62,363 bases of DNA from an uncultured virus (IMG/VR IMGVR_UViG_3300001596_000066) (taxonomy: Duplodnaviria; Heunggongvirae; Uroviricota; Caudoviricetes): the IMG/VR virus record IMGVR_UViG_3300001596_000066; one strand, 5' to 3'. Below, one piece after another: positions 27,862 through 37,546 of this stretch. The notes under the pieces are model-generated. The model was given only the letters and a program-made list of their open reading frames with translations. It did no database searches and was not told the origin of the DNA. Position numbers and translations under genes: made by a program. Every line of letters begins with the position of its first letter. Positions within the stretch are counted from its first letter, which is position 1.

Positions 27862-28788
27862 TTACGACCGGACGATCTGCATGTCCGTCTGCGACGCGCT
27901 GTCATAGAGGGCCTGGAAGCCCATCTCGGCCATCACGTCCTGGTTGTTCCCGCTGGCCACGACCTGGCCGGTGGTGAACTTCGTCCGCGGGAAGGTTACG
28001 GTGTAGCTGTTGGTGCCGTCCGACAGGGCGAACTCCAGGCTGCCAGCGGCGCCGGACACGAACTCCTCGTAGAGGTCCGCGTCTTCGAAGTAGGCGCTCA
28101 TCTGTCCGGTGATCTCGCGCCGGCCGTAGCCGATCCCGGCCGCGCCCAGCTGCCCGATAGCGTTCTGGGCTCGCAGGTTGTTGGTCAGCGTGAACGACAG
28201 GTCGGTGAAGTAGATCGTGCCGACTGTGTTCGCGACCGTGATCGAGGCTACCTCCGGAGAGGCCATGACCTCGTTCGTGTTGGCGCCGACATAGGTGGCA
28301 CCGGTGATGATCGTCGTCGCCATCGCGGAGGCGTTGAGGCCCAGCATGTCGAAGCGGCCCGTGACCAGTTCCTGCGCCCGCACGTTCATCTGCAGCGTGT
28401 TCATCCGCAGGCCCAGGAAGCGCTGATAATGCGTGGCGCCACCACCCTGAAGCGCCTTCTCGACCGTCAGCGACTTCTTCTCGGTCCCGGCCTTCAGGGT
28501 GTTGACCGCGAAGTCGCCGCGCAGCGCATGTTCAAACAGCGTGTCGAATTCGGAGCCGTAGGTCAGCTCGAAGTCGAACCCGCCGGTGGCGGAAGCGCCG
28601 CGCTGGATCAGATCCTTCACCGAGGCGGTCGGGTCGATCTCGTTGGAGGTCTGGTTGTCGATGGCATAGACCATGTTCTCGCCGGTCAGGCGCACGCGCT
28701 GAAACGCGGGTGTGGCCGGCGTGGCGCCGAACGTGGTCTCGGGGATGAACGCCAGCGTGGCGTCCGAGGCGTCGGAAAAGTCAGGCAT
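27862..28788 (-). CDS. Major tail tube protein
   Basis: ETTFGATPATP...SNEI...GGFDFEL; position before chaperones. Confidence 0.88.
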   Translation of the reverse strand: MPDFSDASDATLAFIPETTFGATPATPAFQRVRLTGENMVYAIDNQTSNEIDPTASVKDLIQRGASATGGFDFELTYGSEFDTLFEHALRGDFAVNTLKAGTEKKSLTVEKALQGGGATHYQRFLGLRMNTLQMNVRAQELVTGRFDMLGLNASAMATTIITGATYVGANTNEVMASPEVASITVANTVGTIYFTDLSFTLTNNLRAQNAIGQLGAAGIGYGRREITGQMSAYFEDADLYEEFVSGAAGSLEFALSDGTNSYTVTFPRTKFTTGQVVASGNNQDVMAEMGFQALYDSASQTDMQIVRS

Positions 28789-28834
28789 AGCGCCCTCCAG
28801 TGATTTGCAGGATCAGCGCGTCACCGACGCGGTA

Positions 28835-29236
28835 TCAGAGCAGCTCGTCTCTGCGGAACGGGCAGGACATGTTCACCTGGAACCAGATGCCGTCCGGCCC
28901 CACCTCGCGCACCGACGGGACATCACACCGGATGCCGTCGAAGCGCTGATTGCGAAAGATCGCGGCGGCGTCATCGGCCAGGTCGCGGGCCGTATGGGTA
29001 CCGCTGTCGATCGGCACGAACACCTGCACGGTGATCACGCCGTTGTGCCGGTGCACGTTGGCGCCTGGGTTGCCGATCGACCGCTGTGTCGCGTCACCGT
29101 TGATGATCGTCAGACGCACCCAGGCCCCGCGGTCCGGTACGTCGAACCCAACATTCGGCCAGGCGATCGGCGTCCGCGCATGCCAGTGGCTGTTGAACCG
29201 GCCAGCGATGGCGTTGCGTTCGGCTGCGTAGCTCAC
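28835..29236 (-). CDS. Tail terminator-like protein (DUF4128-like)
   Basis: IAWPNV.F..P...WVRLTI...GVITVQVFVP..SG. Confidence 0.75.
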   Translation of the reverse strand: MSYAAERNAIAGRFNSHWHARTPIAWPNVGFDVPDRGAWVRLTIINGDATQRSIGNPGANVHRHNGVITVQVFVPIDSGTHTARDLADDAAAIFRNQRFDGIRCDVPSVREVGPDGIWFQVNMSCPFRRDELL

Positions 29237-29622
29237 AGGACGCTTGTGATGTTGGTGAATGTGACCTGGACCACGCCGGCCGGCGCCTGTTGCGAGTACC
29301 CCTCTTCGAGCCGACGCGCGTACGGCACGTTGTTGGTCAGATAGATCGCGCTGAACTGGGGAAGCTGCGCGATCTCTTGAGCGCCGCGACTTATGGCTTT
29401 GGCGCCGCTCGGATCGACCTCGTCGGTGACCTCGTCAGACGGCGTGCCGATCTGCGTCATCCAATTGTTGCGGAACCGTCCGTCGTCGACCGGGCTCATG
29501 AGCACGACGCCGCGCAGGAAATCCAGCGACAGCTTCTGCATGAACTGCGTGTGCAGGCGCCCGATGTCGCCCTCGAACTTGCGTAGGGCTAGCCGGAACT
29601 GCCGGAAATTGGTCGCTGTCAT
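29233..29622 (-). CDS. HK97 gp10-like neck protein
   Basis: SPVDDGRFRNNW, NNVPYARRLEEGYSQQAPAG. Confidence 0.85.
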   Translation of the reverse strand: MTATNFRQFRLALRKFEGDIGRLHTQFMQKLSLDFLRGVVLMSPVDDGRFRNNWMTQIGTPSDEVTDEVDPSGAKAISRGAQEIAQLPQFSAIYLTNNVPYARRLEEGYSQQAPAGVVQVTFTNITSVL

Positions 29623-30008
29623 CGCTTGATCGTCACCGTGTGGATGATCGGCGTGCCGTCGGGCGCAAGCGGCACCGATCCGATGACCGTCCAGTCGTCA
29701 CCTTCCAGCCCGGTCACCCGGTCCCCCGCGGCCGGCGGCATCGCCAGCCCATCAGCCGCGACCAGCAGCAAACGCATGTTGGTGGCCGACAGAACCGGCC
29801 CAGGGAAACGCACATCGAACATCTCCGCCGTCCCCTGGCCTGCTGGCAGGACGACGGCCGATCCGGCGAACACAGTGTCAGACGCACCAATCTGCGTATC
29901 CGTAGCCGGGTCATAGGTCAGTTCGCCCGCGCGGCTGAAACTCACCGCCTGGCCCTTGCTCGCAATCAGCCGCTTCGCCGTCGCGATCTGAGCCGCAAAG
30001 ACGGTCAC
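29619..30008 (-). CDS. Head-closure / head-tail joining protein
   Basis: AKRLIASKGQ...YDPAT...PLAPDGTPI; position. Confidence 0.7.
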   Translation of the reverse strand: MTVFAAQIATAKRLIASKGQAVSFSRAGELTYDPATDTQIGASDTVFAGSAVVLPAGQGTAEMFDVRFPGPVLSATNMRLLLVAADGLAMPPAAGDRVTGLEGDDWTVIGSVPLAPDGTPIIHTVTIKR

Positions 30009-30496
30009 ACCCGCACCAATCGTCCGCGACGCATCAGGAACGGCGCCAGGATGCCGTCGACGGCCGGATAGCGTGTCCTACCCGAGGCGCCATCGGCGTA
30101 TTCGGTCTCGCTCTCGATCGGCCCGACCTTCTCACGCTCACGCTTGACCTGGCCGCCTCGCTCCATTGGCGCGTTCAGGTCGGTGGTGAGCGCGGCCAAG
30201 GCCATCTCAGCCGTCGCGTGGCGTACCTCTGGCGGCACCTCGTCCGTGCCGACGTCGTTAATGCCGGACCGCGGCCAATCCAGCGACTGGCTCGAACTGA
30301 AGCGGTGCCCGTACCAGCTCAGCCGATAGCGTTGCGTCAGGTAGTCGGTGGCGGTCCGTAGCGCCGCCTCTTTCGCCGCCACGTCCCCTGTCCATCCGTC
30401 ATTGCCGCGAGCTGCGTGATACGTGTCGGCATCGGCCACGGACAGGTAGGATTCGGCGCCGGAGACGATGGTGCCATCTTCGACGATCAGTGCCAT
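30005..30496 (-). CDS. Head-tail adaptor (DnaT-like annotated family)
   Basis: MALIVEDGT...AESYLSVADADTY...QSLDWPR...EKVGPIESETEY. Confidence 0.82.
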   Translation of the reverse strand: MALIVEDGTIVSGAESYLSVADADTYHAARGNDGWTGDVAAKEAALRTATDYLTQRYRLSWYGHRFSSSQSLDWPRSGINDVGTDEVPPEVRHATAEMALAALTTDLNAPMERGGQVKREREKVGPIESETEYADGASGRTRYPAVDGILAPFLMRRGRLVRV

Positions 30497-30497
30497 G

Positions 30498-31541
30498 TCA
30501 CTCCAAAAGCGCTGTTTGCTGGTAGCTGGTCAGGATTCCGCGCTGCCAGGCTCGCAGGCGGCGCAGATAGGGACGGTCCATGTCGACTGGCACGCCCCAT
30601 CCGGCCCCTGACGAGGCCGTGACATCGACAAAGGCCTTGGTGACCGCGCCATCAAGGTCGGCCCGTTCGACCAACACGTCGTAGTGGCCGTCCTCCAGAC
30701 TGACTGTCAGCGTATCGGCGGCGCGTGCGACCTGAGTGCCGGCAGTGACAATCGGCGACGATGCTACTGCTGCACGCTCGTGCTGTATCGCGCCGACCCG
30801 AATAGTGAAATCCACCGCGGCGGCGGTGTCCGCAGCGCGCACATAGAGCCCTCGATTGACGATTTTTGCCGTTGTAGCCGGCGCCGTCGCGAGCATCGAA
30901 TACCGCCGCAGCGACCCATCCGGCGAAATCAGCGCGTCGCCAGTAGCGACCAGCGCGTTCGCGGCGTCCCTATAATGCCGATACAGCCTGAGATTGATGT
31001 CGGCCGGGATGATGCCTGAGACCAGTTTGATCCACGCAGTGACCACATCCTGATCGTTATGAGCCACTCCGGCGACCTCAGCCTCATCGATGACGTCGTA
31101 AAACCGGTTGCCGGTCCCGGTCCGCGAGCCCGAGACACGATAGTCGATGTACGGCACGCCGTCTTCGGTGCCGACCGCCGCCACCTCGACCGTCAGGCCA
31201 TCACCCGACCCGTCGATGAGCACCGACGTCCCGAGAGTCTGCGGCGTCGATTGGACCACCGCATCGCTTAGCCTGCTATACGAGACCGTGTTGGTGCGGG
31301 CTTCCTCGTACAGCAGCCCGCTGGCCGTCAGCCTCGGAACGTCATTGGCGTAGGCGTTGAAGCCGTAGTCCCAGGCCTGAGAGCCTCGGCTGAAGCTCAG
31401 CCCCGCGCCGAGCGCCGCGGCGCCAGCGAAGAAGTGATCGACAACCGGCGTCTCACGACGCTGTCGCCGTCGCTGACGAGAGCGCCACAAGGCCCATCGC
31501 GGGCTGATGGTCCAGCGGCTAGGCCGAGGAAGCGTTACCAT
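30498..31541 (-). CDS. Head spike/fibre-like virion protein (start uncertain)
   Basis: SFSRGS...NDVPR...GLLYEEARTN...QHE....SSPIVT.GT.VARAAD. Confidence 0.7.
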   Translation of the reverse strand: MVTLPRPSRWTISPRWALWRSRQRRRQRRETPVVDHFFAGAAALGAGLSFSRGSQAWDYGFNAYANDVPRLTASGLLYEEARTNTVSYSRLSDAVVQSTPQTLGTSVLIDGSGDGLTVEVAAVGTEDGVPYIDYRVSGSRTGTGNRFYDVIDEAEVAGVAHNDQDVVTAWIKLVSGIIPADINLRLYRHYRDAANALVATGDALISPDGSLRRYSMLATAPATTAKIVNRGLYVRAADTAAAVDFTIRVGAIQHERAAVASSPIVTAGTQVARAADTLTVSLEDGHYDVLVERADLDGAVTKAFVDVTASSGAGWGVPVDMDRPYLRRLRAWQRGILTSYQQTALLE

Positions 31542-31800
31542 CCAGATGCGCCTTGATTGCCGTTAGCGCGTCGTCCTTGGTCTTGATCGGGCTGTCAGAG
31601 ATCTTCGAAGCCAGCGACTTCATTTGCGGCCAACCCAGATCCTCCCAATCGTCGGGGATCGCGACTGCCTCCGAAGGGCCGGCCAACACCGGCTCCCGCC
31701 CCTCAAGGTGAGCGCGGCGAATCGCCCGAATGTTCTGGCGGTCCAGCTTCTTCTGCTGCCTGGCCTTGAACGCCTCTTCTTTGGCCTTCCAACCTCGCAT
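31519..31800 (-). CDS. Small post-capsid protein with helix-extension-helix-like C-terminus
   Basis: GGAGG RBS; WEDLGWPQMKSLA...TKDDA. Confidence 0.65.
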   Translation of the reverse strand: MRGWKAKEEAFKARQQKKLDRQNIRAIRRAHLEGREPVLAGPSEAVAIPDDWEDLGWPQMKSLASKISDSPIKTKDDALTAIKAHLDGNASSA

Positions 31801-31870
31801 GGCATTCCTCCACAAGTAGGAACGGCGGCCCGAAGGCCGCCGCTCACCTGGTTCCTATCTCCTGTCGGGC

Positions 31871-32692
31871 TCAGCCGAGCTTGTGCTTGAAGGCCACGAT
31901 GCGGACATTCTTGGGCTCGTAGACGCGCACCCAGTTGGTGCCCGTGGCCAGCTCCGCGTTGGTTGCCGACGACCCTGCAGGCGATCCAACCCACTTCACA
32001 CCGCGCGGGTGCAGCACGAACCGGCGCCGGTTCACGATGTACTCCGTGCCGCCGCCGGCCAACTCGTCACGATCAACCGCCGCGGGTACCTTTGGAGTGC
32101 CCTCCGCGTAGCCGATCGCACCGTTCGCGAAAAGGTAGCTCGTGTAGACGTCGGTCGCCAAAGGCATTCCATCGTCCACGATCAGCCGCTTGCCCATATA
32201 GGTCGCGATCGGCGTGCCGTTCTCACTGTCCTCGACGAAGTCAATGAGATCCTGCTTCTTCATCACGGTGTAGGTCGCCGAGTGAACTGCCGCGGCGACC
32301 AGGTTGTCCTGGTGGTCACCAAGCCTCGCGCCAGCATCCACGAACGCCTCGCCGTCGAAGTTCTCGGCGCCGGCTGTGAGGCCTGAGATGTCCAGCACGT
32401 TGGCGGCCATGCTGGCCGCGCCCATCGCGCCACCGAGGACGGAGATCAAAACGTCCTGGAACCGCCTTGCCCAATAGCCGGCGAACAGATCGCCGATCGC
32501 GGTCATGGGATCGTTGCCGGCCATGTCGCCCGACAGGTCGGAGGCGCCGAACACCTTGCCGCGCTGCAGAACAGCGGCGACATCCTTCTCGGAGTCGATC
32601 TTGTTGATGGTCAACGCACCGGTGTCGTCGATCACCTCATCCGCGCCGGTCAGATCCTGCCAGAACGGCATGTTGACCGTCGCGCCGCCCAT
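31871..32692 (-). CDS. Major capsid protein, SPP1 gp13-like (5' end in the gap)
   Basis: GGATVNMPFWQDL...RGKVFGASDL...G.DPM.AIG...YWAR; LHPRG; NWVRVYEPKN. Confidence 0.88.
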   Translation of the reverse strand: MGGATVNMPFWQDLTGADEVIDDTGALTINKIDSEKDVAAVLQRGKVFGASDLSGDMAGNDPMTAIGDLFAGYWARRFQDVLISVLGGAMGAASMAANVLDISGLTAGAENFDGEAFVDAGARLGDHQDNLVAAAVHSATYTVMKKQDLIDFVEDSENGTPIATYMGKRLIVDDGMPLATDVYTSYLFANGAIGYAEGTPKVPAAVDRDELAGGGTEYIVNRRRFVLHPRGVKWVGSPAGSSATNAELATGTNWVRVYEPKNVRIVAFKHKLG

Positions 32693-32947
32693 NNNNNNNN
32701 NNNNNNNNNNNNNNNNNNNNNNNNNNNNNNNNNNNNNNNNNNNNNNNNNNNNNNNNNNNNNNNNNNNNNNNNNNNNNNNNNNNNNNNNNNNNNNNNNNNN
32801 NNNNNNNNNNNNNNNNNNNNNNNNNNNNNNNNNNNNNNNNNNNNNNNNNNNNNNNNNNNNNNNNNNNNNNNNNNNNNNNNNNNNNNNNNNNNNNNNNNNN
32901 NNNNNNNNNNNNNNNNNNNNNNNNNNNNNNNNNNNNNNNNNNNNNNN
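32693..32947. other. Assembly gap (255 N) between scaffold and capsid genes
   Basis: N run. Confidence 1.
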
Positions 32948-33547
32948 GCCTCCGCTGTTCTCCGACGCCACAAAATGCTGGCCACCATCGGTTTCGGCCC
33001 ACGCCTTCACGAAGTCGGCGATCTCCTCGCCGTCGATCAGCGCCTTTCCGTCGGCGATCGTCGGCTTGTGCTGGCGCAGTAGCAGCGCCTTGGCCGCATC
33101 CATGAGCGGTCCAGCCACGTTCGCCTTCGTCAGGGCCTCCGTCAGACCATTCTCGACCAAGAGAGTGTGAAGCTGGCCCTCGGCGTCGTCAGCGCGCTTG
33201 TTAGCCTTCTCTAGCTCGCGCTCGTGCCGCTTCTTCAGGCGTTCAGTGATCTTCTGCTCAAGCGCCGTCTCGTCCGGCTCGCTCTTCTCGCGCAGGCGGG
33301 CGTACTCATCGGCGTCGAAGTCGTCCGGGATCTCGGCGAGCTTGTCCTTGGCGGCCTCGAGCTCTGTCCGGGCCTCGCGCAACTGCCGATCGAGGTTGTC
33401 CGCCGTCTGCTTGATGGTCTGGAAGGCCGGGTGGGCCTTAGGGTCACCGAGCGATAAGACGAACTTGCCGCCCTCCTCACGATAGAACGGATGCAGGGCC
33501 TCTGGCACACCGTCCAGAGTCTCAAGCACTGTGGTTAGGCTTTCCAT
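32948..33547 (-). CDS. Capsid scaffolding protein (3' end in the gap)
   Basis: LETLDGVPEAL...Y.E..GKFVL, charged coiled coil; AAGGAG RBS. Confidence 0.8.
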
Positions 33548-33573
33548 TGGTCTCCTTCTGGCCACTGGCCATG

Positions 33574-33604
33574 AAAAAGGCCGCCTCGCAACCTGCGGGC
33601 GGCC
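33574..33604 (-). terminator. Intrinsic terminator after head-region moron
   Basis: GGCCGCCCGCA...TGCGAGGCGGCC then TTTTT on - strand. Confidence 0.7.
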
Positions 33605-33680
33605 GGAACTTGGGGTCCGATGCGCAAAGCCTGAAGGCTTCGCAACTGATCAGACTCGAACGAACAAGCTTAACGTGTTG

Positions 33681-34856
33681 TTAGATACGCAACCTTTTCC
33701 TGATGTCGACGGCGGCTGGCGGAAAACGAACCTTATCGGAATCCGACTCTGCTGATCCGCTAGGCTCCGCAACCGGCTCCGTCATATATACCCAAGCCTT
33801 GTCAAAGTTGTTGCCTCTAGCAGGATCGATTAGAGGCACACTAGCGTTGATGACTGTGGCGCGCCTGAACTTGGACCTCCTAATGTGGTCTCCACCGTAG
33901 AATCCACTTTCCGGGAAGACGATGCGTGCGCCGTCAAACTGTGCGTTGACACAATGTCGCCCGAAATCGACCCCGACAGCCTCGAAGGCGACCTGCATCG
34001 TTAGGCGCGCAAACAACTTGACTGCAAAATGATACATCTCGGCAACTTCACCGTCGGACACGGTCTCATCAATTGCGCCACTCGCCCTGAGTGTGGCGCC
34101 GGAGGTCGAGTCACCCTCGAGGAGCACACGGAGCCGATCCAGCAAATCCATGGGAAGCGACATTTTATCTAGTTCAAAACGCTTGAGAACATCGGTTCGA
34201 TATGTGCCGAATTTCATAAGGCCGAAAAGGACTTCGGCGCTCTTGGCATCGTCTTCGTATCTTCCATCCGAAAACGTAACGCTGTTGCAGACAACGTCCC
34301 TAAACGATACCTGCCGTAGCACCGTTCGCTCGCCAGGAGCGTAGAAGCTAGAGCGCGATATGTTTGTCACGCGATTGTCGCGAAACGAGACACTCGACAT
34401 TCTCAGCCCAGCCAAATCAAATGACGTGGTGTATCTACCGAGGCGCCTCAATGCCCCAAATATCCTGAAATGAGCTTCGGGGCTGTCCCACGGGCGATAG
34501 TCATCAATGATTTCTAGGTTTCTATCGATCGTCTCCTGCTTTTTTCTTCTATCTTCGTCATAGATCCTGACCACAAAAAGAACGACGCCGAATAGCGCTA
34601 TATCAAATAAAAAGCCAACTGCCTCGATGTGAACGCCTGAAACAAAATCCAATAGGCTCTGACTCGCGCCCTGTGTTCCATAAAGAGGAATGTAAGCGAA
34701 TCCCAGTATTACGGCCAAAAGCACGAGGACCCACAGAACAGCTTTGAGCTCACTGCTGAGAAGGGCGGATTTCAGTCCGCTCGAGCTGACTATTGCCTTA
34801 AGCCTTCGCTGCAATTTCGCTCCAGTGACCAGGCTTTCAGTTTCGACTATCAGCAA
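33681..34856 (-). CDS. Accessory membrane protein with degenerate pentapeptide-like repeats (moron in head cluster; start uncertain)
   Basis: Two N-terminal TMs, IDDYRPWDSPEAHFRIFGALRRL, xxF repeats; lower GC. Confidence 0.65.
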   Translation of the reverse strand: MLIVETESLVTGAKLQRRLKAIVSSSGLKSALLSSELKAVLWVLVLLAVILGFAYIPLYGTQGASQSLLDFVSGVHIEAVGFLFDIALFGVVLFVVRIYDEDRRKKQETIDRNLEIIDDYRPWDSPEAHFRIFGALRRLGRYTTSFDLAGLRMSSVSFRDNRVTNISRSSFYAPGERTVLRQVSFRDVVCNSVTFSDGRYEDDAKSAEVLFGLMKFGTYRTDVLKRFELDKMSLPMDLLDRLRVLLEGDSTSGATLRASGAIDETVSDGEVAEMYHFAVKLFARLTMQVAFEAVGVDFGRHCVNAQFDGARIVFPESGFYGGDHIRRSKFRRATVINASVPLIDPARGNNFDKAWVYMTEPVAEPSGSAESDSDKVRFPPAAVDIRKRLRI

Positions 34857-34888
34857 GGGCCGAAGATGTCCTCGCGCTCACAGGCAAG

Positions 34889-35098
34889 CTACCGCGCCTC
34901 AGTCACCACACCACGCGCGAGACAGTAGACGCAGGCGTGGATCTTGGTTCCCATCGACTTGCGGACGTTGCCATCGGGGCCGATGTATGGCCCTAACAAC
35001 ACTTCAGTCGTCGCGCTGGTCGCCACACCTGTCTCGGATTTGCAGCGCCAGCACTCCCACTGGCGCAGCCCGCGCTTGATGTTTCTGCGGTCGCTCAT
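34889..35098 (-). CDS. Small putative Zn-binding protein
   Basis: CWRC...CVYC. Confidence 0.55.
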   Translation of the reverse strand: MSDRRNIKRGLRQWECWRCKSETGVATSATTEVLLGPYIGPDGNVRKSMGTKIHACVYCLARGVVTEAR

Positions 35099-35103
35099 GC
35101 AAC

Positions 35104-36144
35104 CTATAGTCCTTCGCGCCGGCTCAGCTCGTCAAGCGTGTACGCACGGCCACTTCGGTCAACCATGCTGTCGATCGAAGTTCCATCGCGAAACAATGCG
35201 GCTCGAGTGGCCCCGAGGTAGTCGTCCTGGAACTCGTCTGATTGCGTGCGCAACCATTCCTCGAACGTCGTGGTCGCAGGCAGCTGGCCGTCCAGGCTGG
35301 CCCGCGTCCCAGGCGGCGCGTCGTCGAGATCCAGACCCATCTCGCGCCACGATCGCATCACGGGCGCTGTGGTGGACCGACAGCCTACATGCGCGGGCGG
35401 CCGTGGCCCATCGTCGACCGGAAACACCTGACCGTCTCGTGACGCACAAATCAGCGTCGTTCGGCTGTCGAGTGTTGCGACCCACTGCACGCCTTTGATC
35501 AGATCGAGGTTCTCGCCGTACAGCGTGTCCCGTGCTTCACTCGAAACATGGGTCACGGCCGTCCGAACCACCGCTTGCGCGTCACGCCGGCCGATTTCCA
35601 GCACTCCGTCCCGATACTGCCTCGCTCGCGTGCCCCGCACGCGACGCACGAGCTGGTCAATTGTGTCGCCCTCGACCATCCCGATGCGCATATGCGACTG
35701 GATGCGCGCGAACTGGCTGTCACGCAGCGTGTCGGTCCATTCGCTCAGATAGCGGCCCTGGAACGGCCGTGACTGGACGATGGCCTGCAGTTGAGCCCGC
35801 GACGGCCGCTCGAAGCTGACGTTGACCGGGATCTCATCCGCCAGCATCCGCACCTGAAACTCGGGCTCGTAGCCCGCGATCGCCTCGAGCTCTTCGGTGA
35901 GCGCGCGACCGATTGTGGTGTAGCCTTCCCGATTGATCGCTCGCACATTCGATAGAATGCGCTCCAGTCGCGTCCGCGAAATACTGGATGCTTCCTCGAG
36001 GTTCCGCCGCAGGCGCTCGCTCAGATCGGCATCGACCCGATTCAGCAGCGCAATGATGCGCCGAACGACACCCGCCTTCAGCCGCTCCAGACCGATCGCA
36101 TGAGACACCGAGCGGTCGCGCAGCCGCTCATTCGTCGTCGCCAT
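35104..36144 (-). CDS. Minor head protein (SPP1 gp7 / Mu F family)
   Basis: WVATLDSRTTLICASRDG...PPAHVGCRS. Confidence 0.9.
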   Translation of the reverse strand: MATTNERLRDRSVSHAIGLERLKAGVVRRIIALLNRVDADLSERLRRNLEEASSISRTRLERILSNVRAINREGYTTIGRALTEELEAIAGYEPEFQVRMLADEIPVNVSFERPSRAQLQAIVQSRPFQGRYLSEWTDTLRDSQFARIQSHMRIGMVEGDTIDQLVRRVRGTRARQYRDGVLEIGRRDAQAVVRTAVTHVSSEARDTLYGENLDLIKGVQWVATLDSRTTLICASRDGQVFPVDDGPRPPAHVGCRSTTAPVMRSWREMGLDLDDAPPGTRASLDGQLPATTTFEEWLRTQSDEFQDDYLGATRAALFRDGTSIDSMVDRSGRAYTLDELSRREGL

Positions 36145-37546
36145 CGGCGCCAATCATGCCGAGCGCGGGGCCGTCGCTGGCGAGACGCTCCTCTTCCCCC
36201 TCGAAGGTGAGGTCGTCGCGCACCAGCTCGCCCTGTTTCAGCGCCTCGAAGAACGTTTGCCGGCTCACGCCGCCGCCCTGCAGCGCGCCCATCCAGGCCG
36301 TCAGTTCCTGCGATGTCATCGGCGCCGGCATGAAGTCGCGGTTGAGCTCGACTGTCGCGTCGCCGGACAACCCACCCCACTCCACCATCCGTGCCAGGAC
36401 GGCCGTCAGCGCCTGCCCCACGCCGTTTGCGAGCGATGCCAGCACCGATGCTTCGCCGGCCGTGCGCAGCGCCAGTGTATCCGCCGCCTCGGCAGCCTTC
36501 TTCTCCGGAGCCAGCATGCGCGCGCCAAGGGCCGCCATCTGAGCCTCTTTGACCTCGCGGCGCTTCTCCAGCCCCTCCAGGCCCTGGCCAGTGAACTCGA
36601 GGAGGCCGACGGTCACGTCTTTGTCCTCTGAATGCCAAAGCTCCGTCGGGCCCACGGCCGATGGAGCATGATCGTCTTGAACGCCGAAGCAGTATGGTGT
36701 CGGCAGAGCCACGAAGTGCGCTCCGTGCTCCAGATCGGCCAGCGTGCGATAATGGGACAGGTTCAGATTGACCAGGTCCAGCAGAAGCGGCCGCTCAACG
36801 CCGTTCGTCAGGCCCCGCGCGCCGATCGGATAGAACGGAATGCGATCGAGCGGCGCCCCGCGCATCAGCGGCTCGACCTCGTCGACCAGCCGCCATTCTG
36901 CATCTTCGCCTTTCTGAAACACACGCTGCCGATAGCCGCGATCGTCCAGGTCAAGTACCCGCACTTGTTCTATTTCGGTCTCGGCGAACTCGTCGTCGGT
37001 TGCCGGCTCGGCCGCAGTCTCTCGCAACCGAACCTGCGTAATGACCGTGACGTTGTCGCGCTGCCCAACACGGATATCGAGGATGTCCTCTGCCCGATAC
37101 AGCGTCACGAAAGGCCGCAGGTTGGAGGCCGTCGCCTGCGCCTGGGTGACCAGCTCGCCCGACGCTCGCGGCATGTCGACCAGCAGTCCGACCCGGGTGA
37201 CGGTCAACAGCTCTTCAACAGCCTCTTCAGCGAAGCGAGCGAAGGTGGTCCCGGCCAAGTCGATATCGGTCAGCCAGGGCTCCGCAGCAGGCGGCGCCAT
37301 AACGATTGGCGGCTTCCTGAAGATCAACCCCGATAGCCCGTCGATTGTCCGCCTGGTCGCATTGTAGAAGCCTGCCCGGCGCTTATAGGCGTCGTACTCG
37401 GTAGCGACCTGGCCGCCGAGCTTCGGCAAGTAGGTCTCACCTACGCTCAAAACCGCCTCTTCGCCAGCCGACACGTCGCGGCACTTCTGCCAGAGGCCCA
37501 CGACGTTCTTGTAAGCGCTAGACGGCTCAGCGACCGTCGTTGTCAT
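36128..37546 (-). CDS. Portal protein (DUF4055)
   Basis: YLPK...YDAYKRRAGFYNATRRT; PLLLDLVNLNLSHYR..ADLEHGAHF. Confidence 0.9.
   Translation of the reverse strand: MTTTVAEPSSAYKNVVGLWQKCRDVSAGEEAVLSVGETYLPKLGGQVATEYDAYKRRAGFYNATRRTIDGLSGLIFRKPPIVMAPPAAEPWLTDIDLAGTTFARFAEEAVEELLTVTRVGLLVDMPRASGELVTQAQATASNLRPFVTLYRAEDILDIRVGQRDNVTVITQVRLRETAAEPATDDEFAETEIEQVRVLDLDDRGYRQRVFQKGEDAEWRLVDEVEPLMRGAPLDRIPFYPIGARGLTNGVERPLLLDLVNLNLSHYRTLADLEHGAHFVALPTPYCFGVQDDHAPSAVGPTELWHSEDKDVTVGLLEFTGQGLEGLEKRREVKEAQMAALGARMLAPEKKAAEAADTLALRTAGEASVLASLANGVGQALTAVLARMVEWGGLSGDATVELNRDFMPAPMTSQELTAWMGALQGGGVSRQTFFEALKQGELVRDDLTFEGEEERLASDGPALGMIGADGDDE

Noticed and set aside
31824..31841. TTCG hairpin after capsid gene as terminator
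   Set aside because: No T tract; at most an mRNA-stabilising stem
31871..33565. 564-aa scaffold-capsid fusion in the ORF track
   Set aside because: Read-through across a 255-N gap; two separate genes are expected
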